64,000 bases of DNA, from positions 1-64,000 of the forward strand of contig JASFYR010000013.1 of NCBI GenBank assembly GCA_045047115.1, in the 5' to 3' direction. A program made the translations under genes and the position numbers. Origin of the DNA: Sulfurospirillum sp. (lineage in GTDB: Bacteria; Campylobacterota; Campylobacteria; Campylobacterales; Sulfurospirillaceae). Numbering within the stretch: position 1 is the stretch's first letter; every line of letters starts with the position of its first letter. Below the pieces are notes generated by a model that ran no database searches, was not told where the DNA came from, and saw nothing but the letters and a program-made list of their open reading frames with translations. This document shows, in pieces, positions 1-8,676 of this stretch.

Positions 1-170
1 AATTCCTCTCGACTGAAGCACAACCTTCGGTCGTAAGGACTTATTTTGACTGTTTTCTCTCAGGAAGTAAATTCCGCAAAAATTCCTCTCGACTGAAGCT
101 TTGGCTTTGGCGAGAAATTTACTATTTATTGTCCCCTCTAACCATAAATGGCACTTTAAAATTTTTACCC
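1..170 (-). repeat. Two tandem copies (first truncated by window edge) of a dispersed structured repeat
   Basis: AATTCCTCTCGACTGAAGC is identical at 1-19 and 81-99. Region 63-170 is similar to 29842-29948. Confidence 0.75.
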
Positions 171-206
171 TAAAAATAAAAAATTTACAAGCAGATTATT
201 TTATCA

Positions 207-815
207 TCACTTATATATAAAACCACTTATGAATCTTTCCATTATCTCCTCTTCATCTACCTCTAGCTCCTCGTCGCTATTTAGCCAGTACTCCACATAT
301 CCCATAGAGAAAGAGTTGAAAATGTACGCAACCTGAAGATAGTCTATCTCTTGTGTTAATTCATACTCTTTTGCCAAGCTTTCAAATTCGCCTCTTAAAA
401 ATTCAAATATAGGCTTGGTTAAGTCTTTATTTTGTATATTTAATTTGGAGAAAAAGAGAGGATCACCAAGCACAGGGTCTCTTAGTGTCTTTTTTTTGTT
501 TTTAAAGATTTTAAATTTTAGTTGAAGATAGAGTAGCAACCTATCTTTTGGTTTGCCGATGTGAAGACAGGCATCTTGTATCTCTTTATAAAAAAGATTT
601 ATCTGATATCTGACATATTCGTGAAATATATTCTCTTTAGAGGCAAAAAGCTTATAGAGTTGTCCCACTGATATATCACAATTTTTTGCCAAATCACTCA
701 TTTTGACATTTTCAAAGCCAACCTCTTCAAAATATCGACAAGCCTCTTGTAGAATCAAATCTCTTTTTAAATCTTTTACTTTAGTTGCAATTTTCTCTTT
801 CATCTTGCTTTCCAA
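207..815 (-). CDS. TetR/AcrR family transcriptional regulator
   Basis: N-terminal HTH (ILQEACRYFEEVGFENVKMSDLAKNCDISVGQLYKLFASKE); divergent from an efflux operon. Start may be ATG 803. Confidence 0.92.
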   Translation of the reverse strand: MESKMKEKIATKVKDLKRDLILQEACRYFEEVGFENVKMSDLAKNCDISVGQLYKLFASKENIFHEYVRYQINLFYKEIQDACLHIGKPKDRLLLYLQLKFKIFKNKKKTLRDPVLGDPLFFSKLNIQNKDLTKPIFEFLRGEFESLAKEYELTQEIDYLQVAYIFNSFSMGYVEYWLNSDEELEVDEEEIMERFISGFIYK

Positions 816-878
816 TTTTATAAAATATATGAAATTATAAAAGAACTCTCCTTAATTAAGAATAAGTTTATAAAAAAA

Positions 879-891
879 TGAATATAATTCA
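879..891. promoter_or_regulatory. Palindrome containing a -10 box; candidate TetR operator
   Basis: TGAAT-ATA-ATTCA with TATAAT at 883-888, upstream of RBS GAGGA and ATG 917. Confidence 0.45.
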
Positions 892-916
892 CAAGTTAAA
901 ACACGAGGATATTTAT

Positions 917-2032
917 ATGAAAAAATTTGGCACTATATTTATAGTTTTACTCATCATTTTATTTGCATACATGGGATATGACTATCTAAGTTATAGATCC
1001 AAAAATGCCGTCAGTGATGCTGCATTTGTTAAGAGTGACTCTATCTTGATGCTTAGCTTTAAAGTTGGAAGTAAAATCAAAATGATAGAAAAAAACGAAG
1101 GTGAAAGTGTAAAAAAAGGTGAAATATTGGCCAAACTTGATGACATAGACTTTCAAAATGCCAAAAAACAGATAATAAACGCTATAAAATCTACTATAAA
1201 AAGCAAAGAAGCGCTAGAGTCTAAACTTCAAAGAGTTAAAGGAGAGCTCACTCTTAATGAAAAGATGGCCAAAAATAATATAGCCTCTTTTAAGCAAAAA
1301 ATAGAAGCTATAAGACTCTCTATAAAAGCTAACTTTACAAAACTCAAAAAGCTAAATATTGATGAGAAAAGATATAGACGAATGTTAAAACAAAAGCTTA
1401 TAGCAAAAAACCTCTTTGAAAAGGTATCTACTGCTAGAAACTCTCTTCATGATATGATACTATCACAAAAAAAAGAGCTTGATGCTACGGTATTAAATCT
1501 AAAAAATGTCAAAAATGCCTACTCTCTCTCAATCATAAAAAAGAGTCAAACCAAAGAGATACAAAAGAGTATAGAAGCGATGGAGTTAAAAATCAAATCT
1601 ATGAGAGATCAACTCCAAGAGGTGAAAAACAAGATTGGCTACTGTACACTACGATCACCAATAGATGGTAAAATTGCCAAAAAATTTGTAAACACCGATA
1701 CAGTTATAAATGCCGGCTATCCTGTATACTCTGTAGTTGATCCCAAAGCTCTTCATGTTGAGGTTTTACTTTCCGAGAAAAAACTAAGAGGAGTGAGAGT
1801 CGGGGACAGTGTGAGTATCAAGATAGATGCACTGGACAATAAAGAGTTTAAAGGCAAAGTTCAAAGCATACTCCCAACTTCCGCTTCTACATTCTCACTC
1901 ATACCACGAGATATAGCAAGCGGTGAATTTACGAAACTCGACCAGAGATTTACAGTAAGAATCACACTTGAAAACAAAAAAGACCTTTTGATCGGAATGA
2001 GTGCAAACATAGCGATAAAAAGAAGAAAATAA
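917..2032 (+). CDS. EmrA/HlyD-family membrane fusion protein
   Basis: N-terminal TM, lipoyl half motifs, long coiled coil, GEFTKLDQRFTVRI motif. ATG 917 has RBS GAGGA (ORF track start 878). Confidence 0.9.
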   Translation: MKKFGTIFIVLLIILFAYMGYDYLSYRSKNAVSDAAFVKSDSILMLSFKVGSKIKMIEKNEGESVKKGEILAKLDDIDFQNAKKQIINAIKSTIKSKEALESKLQRVKGELTLNEKMAKNNIASFKQKIEAIRLSIKANFTKLKKLNIDEKRYRRMLKQKLIAKNLFEKVSTARNSLHDMILSQKKELDATVLNLKNVKNAYSLSIIKKSQTKEIQKSIEAMELKIKSMRDQLQEVKNKIGYCTLRSPIDGKIAKKFVNTDTVINAGYPVYSVVDPKALHVEVLLSEKKLRGVRVGDSVSIKIDALDNKEFKGKVQSILPTSASTFSLIPRDIASGEFTKLDQRFTVRITLENKKDLLIGMSANIAIKRRK

Positions 2033-2033
2033 G

Positions 2034-3572
2034 ATGCAAATTGCTATAAAACAGAGCTGGGATATCACGACTAAAGAGAGAGCTATCTTTAGTATCATAG
2101 TGATGACCGGAGCTTTTATGGCGATATTAGACACCACTGTAGTCGATGTAATCGTCCCAAAACTCACGGGTCCGCTCTCCACCGACATGTATGGAGTTCA
2201 GTGGATCATCACAAGCTATATGATAGCTGCTGCCATTGCACTTTTGATCACAGAGTATCTCATAAAAAAGTTTGGGGCAAAGTATATATTTATAGCCGGG
2301 GTTATGCTTTTTACCGCATTTTCTTTTATGTGCGGTATGTCAGATACTCTCTCTTTTATAATCTTCGCAAGAGTCTTTCAAGGAACCGGAGAAGCTCTCA
2401 TTATGGTCACAAGTCACATAATGATATTTTCATATTTTCCACCTAAAAAACAAGGCTTTGCCATGGGAATATACGGTCTGGGGGTCAGTTTTGCTCCTGC
2501 TCTTGGTCCTACAATCGGCGGATATCTGACAGAGTATTATAATTGGAGAATGGTATTTTTTATCAATGTTCCCGTTGGTCTTCTATTGACAATATCAGGA
2601 CTTATGTTTTTACCAAAAGACTTGAATCTAAAAAAGATAAACTTTAATTTTCTAAGCTTTTTTTGGATTTCAGTTGCTACTATCTCTATCCTTATAATGC
2701 TCTCAAAAGGTCAGCAAAGAGGTTGGATGAATGACTCTTTGATAGGAGCACTCTTCTTCATCTCCATCATAGGTTATCTTATCTATATATTAAGCGAGAT
2801 GTACTCAAAACATACGCTCATAGACTTTTCACTTTTTAAAAATCCAACTTTTACAAATGGCATACTTATATACTTTTTTATTTTGGGTTTTGGTATGTAC
2901 CAATACTTCTATCTTTTGCCTGTCTATTATGAGCATATAAAGATGTTACCAACTTTGGATGCCGGTATCTCCGTCTTTGTCTTTGCGGTTTTTATAGGTG
3001 TTTTTTCACCAATTGCCGGCATTCTTTCAGATAAACTTGGTGCAAAAAATGTTGTCTTGATGGCAACAGTTGTCTATGTCTTAACATCATTTCTTATCAT
3101 GCCTACACTCAACTACTATACACCACTAGTGCAGGCTCAACTACTCACCATCCCTTTTGGTATAGGCATGGGTCTCTTTTTTGCCCCCGTTACAGTTTTA
3201 CTTTTACAAAATGTACCCAAAGAGAAAGGTGAACTTGCTATCGTACTTATGGATTATGTTAGATTTGTAGGCGGGAGCTTTGGAACAGCTCTTGCTACAA
3301 ACAATATGGAATACTTCAAAAATATAAACTTTTTGCATATGAATGAGTTGCAAAATACTACATTCGTGATGGGATATATTCAAAAGTTTCAAGACTTTTT
3401 AGGAATCTCCAAAGATCTGGCTTACGCCTCTTTCGGAAGATATGAGACATTTATGAGTTACAATTACGGCTTCTCATCCGTCTTTGCAAGTGCTGCTATA
3501 TGGGGAGCTATAGGCTCTGTATTTACAGCTCTTTTATTTGTAAAATTCAAACCCGTAAAGGAAACAAATTGA
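2034..3572 (+). CDS. DHA2 (EmrB/QacA) family MFS efflux permease
   Basis: AILDTTVVDV, WIITSYM, APALGPTIGG and FFINVPVG motifs; about 14 TM segments. Confidence 0.92.
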   Translation: MQIAIKQSWDITTKERAIFSIIVMTGAFMAILDTTVVDVIVPKLTGPLSTDMYGVQWIITSYMIAAAIALLITEYLIKKFGAKYIFIAGVMLFTAFSFMCGMSDTLSFIIFARVFQGTGEALIMVTSHIMIFSYFPPKKQGFAMGIYGLGVSFAPALGPTIGGYLTEYYNWRMVFFINVPVGLLLTISGLMFLPKDLNLKKINFNFLSFFWISVATISILIMLSKGQQRGWMNDSLIGALFFISIIGYLIYILSEMYSKHTLIDFSLFKNPTFTNGILIYFFILGFGMYQYFYLLPVYYEHIKMLPTLDAGISVFVFAVFIGVFSPIAGILSDKLGAKNVVLMATVVYVLTSFLIMPTLNYYTPLVQAQLLTIPFGIGMGLFFAPVTVLLLQNVPKEKGELAIVLMDYVRFVGGSFGTALATNNMEYFKNINFLHMNELQNTTFVMGYIQKFQDFLGISKDLAYASFGRYETFMSYNYGFSSVFASAAIWGAIGSVFTALLFVKFKPVKETN

Positions 3573-4852
3573 AAAAATATCTGATTTTTATACTGCCTAT
3601 CTTTTTATATTCGGCAAATTTTAGTAACTTGATAAAGAGTGTAGATAGCAATCTACTCATAAAGTCCAAACAGCAGCAGACTAAATCTCTAAAAAAATTA
3701 TTAAGAGCGAAAAAAGCGAAAAACTACCCATCTGTGGATGTACATGTAAAGGCTGTTAGACTGTATGATACACCAACCTCTATCTTTCATATATCCGGTT
3801 TCAATACTCCTGTTCCCATCGGCACAAAAACAAATATGGACGCCCAGCTTAGTATCACCTATCCTCTTTTTACAGGTTTTGCTATCACAAAATCAATAGA
3901 AAAAGCAAAATTACAGATGTTAAAAAGCAAACTTGAAACTAAAGAGCTTAAGAGAGAATTATATCTAAAAATAGCCTCTATGTATAGCACTATATACTCA
4001 TTAAACAGAGCAATAGATGCAACTATTGAAGCCAAAACAGCCATAGAAAAATCGTATAAAAAAGCAAAGGGGCTATATGATAATGGTTTTATAAATATCT
4101 CAAATCTATACAACATTGAAGCAAAAAAATACGAGATTGTTTCCACTATAAAAGGCTATGAGGAGCAAAAAAACTCACTCATAAACAATTTGAGTTATAT
4201 CACAAATATCAAAACAAATGCAAAAAAACTACCAAAAATTAAACTTTTAGGCGATGAAAAAAGTTTGTTACAAATAGCACTAAACCAAAGAGCAGATATA
4301 AAAGCTATAAAAATCGAACTCAAACTTGATAACAATGATATAGCACTTATCAAAAGTAAAGATTACCCTACTATAACACTGTTTGGAGTATTTAAAAGAC
4401 AAGGTGATACACTCAGTTTGGATGGTAATGGTTTTACAAACGCAGATCAAAGCTATATTGGAGCTAGCCTAAGTTATAACATTTTTAACGGCAAAGAGAG
4501 ACAAAACGAAAGAGAGGCAGCATACGCCAAAAGAAGTGCTAGAATCCTATATTTCAGCAACTACAAAAGAGCTGTAAAAATGGATATACAAAATGCACTC
4601 TCAAAACTAGAATCTCTAAAATACCAAGCTAAAGCAGCCAAGAAACAAACCCAAGCATCCCAAAGTTACTATAAACTTATAAACGGAAGATTTGAAAACT
4701 CCCTAGCAAGCGGTGACGAACTCAGCCGTTCCATAGCAAACCTAGCCCAAGCAAAGGCAAAAGAACAAAACATAAGAGCCAAAATCTTCTTGCAAAAATG
4801 CAAAATCTCACTACTAGCAGGAAGTGGTTATTTCTTGAAAAAAATCAGATAA
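3569..4852 (+). CDS. TolC-family outer membrane efflux protein
   Basis: Signal peptide from TTG 3569 (overlaps MFS stop); OEP-type repeats (YPSV...SITYPLFTGF; YPTI...SYNIFNG). Confidence 0.88.
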   Translation: MKKYLIFILPIFLYSANFSNLIKSVDSNLLIKSKQQQTKSLKKLLRAKKAKNYPSVDVHVKAVRLYDTPTSIFHISGFNTPVPIGTKTNMDAQLSITYPLFTGFAITKSIEKAKLQMLKSKLETKELKRELYLKIASMYSTIYSLNRAIDATIEAKTAIEKSYKKAKGLYDNGFINISNLYNIEAKKYEIVSTIKGYEEQKNSLINNLSYITNIKTNAKKLPKIKLLGDEKSLLQIALNQRADIKAIKIELKLDNNDIALIKSKDYPTITLFGVFKRQGDTLSLDGNGFTNADQSYIGASLSYNIFNGKERQNEREAAYAKRSARILYFSNYKRAVKMDIQNALSKLESLKYQAKAAKKQTQASQSYYKLINGRFENSLASGDELSRSIANLAQAKAKEQNIRAKIFLQKCKISLLAGSGYFLKKIR

Positions 4853-5753
4853 TCCTTTTTCTTCTAAGTTTTACCGTTGGTATTTGCGAGATAAAAACAC
4901 CACTTAGTATGATAGCAGAAGCTATGATTTGGAAAAATGTCAGCTTCTCCCCTAAAATCAAAAATGCCAATATGACAGTAAAAACTGGTATAAGATTTAT
5001 ATAGACTGCCGCCTTGCTTGCCTCCATGCGACTTAGAGCAAGATTGAACATTCCATACCCTCCTATTGTCACAACAACTCCAAGATATGCGGTCCACAAG
5101 GCTGCATTTAGAGTTATATGCATACCTATTGAACTATACTCGAAGAGAGCAAACGGTAAAAAAAAGATTGCTCCTATAAATGCCTGTATGGCCGTTAGAA
5201 AAAGAGGCGAAAATTTTGAGCTTAAGTGGCGACTTGAGATAGCATAGCCAGCTCCACAAACCATAGCTAAAAATTCTAAGCTATTTCCCAAAAGTGGGTT
5301 TATAGCGTTTGTTGCAATATTTGCCGACAGACTAAGCCATATAGAACCTATCACTGCTAGCACAGCACCTATAACCACTTTTTTGGTTATTATCTCTTTT
5401 AGCACAATTCCTGCACCAATTGCTGTGATAAGAGGCATCATGGATGTTATCATACCCGCTTGCGCTGCTGAAGTATTTTGCAAAGCTTTTGCTTCAAATA
5501 TAAAATACATACAAGGCTCAAAAATTGTCATGATAGCTATGTATTTCATATCACTTTTTGTAAATTTCAGTTTTAAAAAATCTTTTATAAAGTAAATGAA
5601 GCAAGCACTCGCAAAAAGCATCCTGCCAAATATAACAGCCATGGGACCCATCGGCCCGATAGCCGACTTCAAAGCTATAAATGAACTCGCCCAAACCATC
5701 ATGGCTGTTAACAAAGCTCCGACTGCAAGCCAGTCAATATCTTTTTTTATCAC
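4845..5753 (-). CDS. DMT/EamA family transporter
   Basis: Two EamA repeats, about 10 TMs, ending LILGEKLT. Confidence 0.9.
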   Translation of the reverse strand: MIKKDIDWLAVGALLTAMMVWASSFIALKSAIGPMGPMAVIFGRMLFASACFIYFIKDFLKLKFTKSDMKYIAIMTIFEPCMYFIFEAKALQNTSAAQAGMITSMMPLITAIGAGIVLKEIITKKVVIGAVLAVIGSIWLSLSANIATNAINPLLGNSLEFLAMVCGAGYAISSRHLSSKFSPLFLTAIQAFIGAIFFLPFALFEYSSIGMHITLNAALWTAYLGVVVTIGGYGMFNLALSRMEASKAAVYINLIPVFTVILAFLILGEKLTFFQIIASAIILSGVFISQIPTVKLRRKRII

Positions 5754-5828
5754 AAAATCTCTTTTTTTTGACGAAATTTTACCATAATAAAAATTTTTTG
5801 AGATATAATACTACGATAAGGAAGAGAT

Positions 5829-7193
5829 ATGAACATAAAAACACCGCAAGCCGCACTTGATTTGATAGAAAAAAGAGGTATCAAAAATATAAAACTTGCC
5901 ACTACGGATATGGATGGCATATTAAGAGGCAAGTATATAAACAAAGATAAGTTTATATCAGTTTTGCGGGGTGGTCTTGGTTTTTGTGATGTAATATTTG
6001 GCTGGGACTCCAAAGATGAACTCTACGCAAAAGATTCTATAACAGGATGGAGTGATGCATACCCTGACGCACTTGGCGAGATAGATATCTCTACATGTAG
6101 AGAGTTGCCATTGGAGAAAAACTCTCTTCTTTTCCTGGTCGATTTTGAAAATGGTGGAAAACACAGCGCCGTTTGCCCTAGAACACTCCTTAAAAGAGTG
6201 ATAAACCAAGGCAAAGAGATAGGGCTTGTGTTTAAAGCTGCAGCAGAGTTTGAATTCTTTATGTTCAACGAAACTCCAAAGAGTATAAGAGAGAAAGATT
6301 ATAAAAATTTAGAGACTTTTACACCCGGTATGTTTGGTTACTCACTGCTTAGAAATAGCGTACATGCAGATTTTTATCACGACTTAATGGATTTATGCTC
6401 AGAAATGGATATGCCTATAGAGGGCCTTCACACTGAGACTGGGCCTGGAGTCATAGAAGCGGCTTTACTATATGATGACATACTAAAATCTGCTGACAAT
6501 GCTGTGCTTTTTAAAACCTTTACAAAAGTTTTGGCACAACAAAAATCCCTAATGGCAACCTTTATGGCAAAATGGTCAAACAAATATCCAGGACAATCAG
6601 GTCACTTGCATGTATCAGCATCTACAAAGGATGGAAAATCTGCTTTTTATGATGAAACTAAAAAAGATACAATATCTGATGAAATGCGCTGGTTTATAGG
6701 TGGACAACAAAAACTGATGCCTGAACTCTTGGCGATGGTGGCACCCACTTGCAACTCATACACAAGATTAATTCCTGGTTTTTGGGCTCCAACTCAAGCC
6801 ACATGGGGAGTTGACAATCGCACCTGTGCGATTAGGGCGATAAACGGAAACGAAAAATCCCAAAGAGTCGAGTACAGAGTAACCGCAGCAGATATAAACC
6901 CTTACATCGCTCTTAGTGCAGCGGTTGGTAGCGGAATTTGGGGTATAAAAAACAGAATCGAACCGACTGAGCCGATAGTCGGAAATGCATATGAAAAAGA
7001 ACTTTCATATGAGTTTTCATTTCCTCGTACTCTTGGTGAGGCGGCTAGAAAACTAAGAGATTCGAAAATTGCCCGAGAGATATTTGGTGATGTTTTTGTA
7101 GATCACTACTCCATGACTAGAGAATGGGAAGAGAGCGAACAGCTTAAAGCGATAACAGACTGGCAACTGTCCAGATATTTTGAAATAATATAG
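5829..7193 (+). CDS. Glutamine synthetase-like gamma-glutamyl-amine ligase (PuuA/GlnA4-like clade)
   Basis: DMDGILRGK, EFEF, HTETGPG, GQSGHLH, WGVDNRT and RVEYR motifs; lacks the N-terminal FDGSS signature of canonical GSI. Confidence 0.85.
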   Translation: MNIKTPQAALDLIEKRGIKNIKLATTDMDGILRGKYINKDKFISVLRGGLGFCDVIFGWDSKDELYAKDSITGWSDAYPDALGEIDISTCRELPLEKNSLLFLVDFENGGKHSAVCPRTLLKRVINQGKEIGLVFKAAAEFEFFMFNETPKSIREKDYKNLETFTPGMFGYSLLRNSVHADFYHDLMDLCSEMDMPIEGLHTETGPGVIEAALLYDDILKSADNAVLFKTFTKVLAQQKSLMATFMAKWSNKYPGQSGHLHVSASTKDGKSAFYDETKKDTISDEMRWFIGGQQKLMPELLAMVAPTCNSYTRLIPGFWAPTQATWGVDNRTCAIRAINGNEKSQRVEYRVTAADINPYIALSAAVGSGIWGIKNRIEPTEPIVGNAYEKELSYEFSFPRTLGEAARKLRDSKIAREIFGDVFVDHYSMTREWEESEQLKAITDWQLSRYFEII

Positions 7194-7271
7194 ACTTATT
7201 TCAAAGTTATTTTGTGAGGCTTAGACCAAAAGAGGGATTTGTCCTCTAAAAAATAGCTTTGAAATAAGTCT
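7192..7271. repeat. 80-bp element bounded by 22-bp inverted repeats (MITE-like or large RNA stem)
   Basis: AGACTTATTTCAAAGTTATTTT (7192-7213) and AAAATAGCTTTGAAATAAGTCT (7250-7271), one mismatch. Confidence 0.6.
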
Positions 7272-7290
7272 GATTATATAAGGAATAAAA

Positions 7291-8676
7291 ATGGCAACAT
7301 TTAAAACTATAACACCTGTAGATAGCTCAGTCTATCTCGAAGAGAATTATCATACCCTCCAAGATATAGACTCCACACTTAAAAAGGCCCAAGAGGTACA
7401 AAAAGAGTGGGCAAAGACCCCTGTAAGCATAAGAGAGGAGTATATCACAAGGTTTTTAGATGCACTTTTGAACAAAAGTGAAGAGATTGCAAAAGAGTTA
7501 TCTTACCAGATGGGGCGACCTGTATCGTATAGCATACTTGAACTCAGAGGCGTAAAAGAGAGAGCTGATTATATGCGAGAAATCACCAAAGAAGCATTAG
7601 AACCATTTTACCCCAAAGAGAAAAAGGGTTTTGAAAGATATATACTAAAAGAGCCTTTGGGGGTTGTAGCGGTTTTAAGCCCATGGAATTATCCGTTTTT
7701 AACCTCTGTCAATGTCATAGTACCGGCTCTTTTGGCAGGAAATGCCGTCATACTCAGACACTCTACACAAACACCTCTTGTTGCTTCAAGATATAAAGAA
7801 GCATTTGATGAGGCTGGTTTACCTGAGGGACTATTTTCTTATCTTCACCTTAAACATAGTGATGCTTCAGTATTTATGGCTGACAAAAGAGTTGACGGAG
7901 TATATTTTACGGGCTCAGTTAAAGGTGGATATGAGGTGCAAAAAGCGATAGTAAACAAGTTTATTCCTTGCGGATTAGAGCTTGGTGGAAAAGATCCGGC
8001 TTATGTCAGAGCCGATGCAGATATAGATTACACTGCTGAAAACTTGGTCGATGGAGCATTTTTTAATTCAGGTCAATCCTGTTGTGGCATAGAGAGGATA
8101 TATGTTCACAGAAACGTTTATGATGAATTTGTGCAAAAGTTTGTGGATATAACAAAAAATTACAAACTTGGCAATCCACTTGACAAAAGTACAACTTTGG
8201 GACCTATGGTAAAAACCGGAGCTGCTGATTTTGTCAGAGGGCAGATAAAAGAGGCACTGAGTAAAGGAGCCAAATCCTTAGTCGATGAGTCACTATTTCC
8301 TAATTCAAAAGAGGGAACCCCATATCTTGCTCCAACTGTTTTGGTTGATGTTGACCACTCCATGAGTGTGATGAGCGAAGAGAGTTTTGGTCCTGTGGTC
8401 GGTATCATGAAGGTCTCAAATGACGACGAGGCAGTAGAACTCATGAATGACAGTGAGTATGGACTGACCGCTTCAATATGGTCAAGAGACAAAGAAGTTG
8501 CGAGAGAACTCTCAGCCAGGATTGAGACAGGGACTGTATATCTTAACAGATGTGATTATCTAGACCCTGCTCTTGCCTGGACAGGCGTTAAAGATACAGG
8601 CAGAGGGGTTACACTCTCTATGTTTGGATTTGATCATGTCACAAAACTAAAATCAATCCACTTCAAGGAGATATAA
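7291..8676 (+). CDS. NAD(P)-dependent aldehyde dehydrogenase
   Basis: PWNYP, FTGS, ELGGKDP, GQSCC and EESFGP motifs. Confidence 0.95.
   Translation: MATFKTITPVDSSVYLEENYHTLQDIDSTLKKAQEVQKEWAKTPVSIREEYITRFLDALLNKSEEIAKELSYQMGRPVSYSILELRGVKERADYMREITKEALEPFYPKEKKGFERYILKEPLGVVAVLSPWNYPFLTSVNVIVPALLAGNAVILRHSTQTPLVASRYKEAFDEAGLPEGLFSYLHLKHSDASVFMADKRVDGVYFTGSVKGGYEVQKAIVNKFIPCGLELGGKDPAYVRADADIDYTAENLVDGAFFNSGQSCCGIERIYVHRNVYDEFVQKFVDITKNYKLGNPLDKSTTLGPMVKTGAADFVRGQIKEALSKGAKSLVDESLFPNSKEGTPYLAPTVLVDVDHSMSVMSEESFGPVVGIMKVSNDDEAVELMNDSEYGLTASIWSRDKEVARELSARIETGTVYLNRCDYLDPALAWTGVKDTGRGVTLSMFGFDHVTKLKSIHFKEI

Noticed and set aside
1..99. CRISPR array at the left edge
   Set aside because: Only two visible copies with 80-bp period, a diverged solo copy 30 kb away, and no cas genes; this fits a dispersed repeat better. 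Sequence beyond the edge is unseen.
3500..3568. N-terminal ORF-track extensions (also at 878, 18888, 42013, 43646, 54927, 57768)
   Set aside because: They overlap neighbouring genes or promoters; downstream starts have better RBS or signal-peptide context.
5829..7193. Calling the GS-like gene glnA
   Set aside because: It lacks canonical GSI N-terminal signatures and its context is catabolic.
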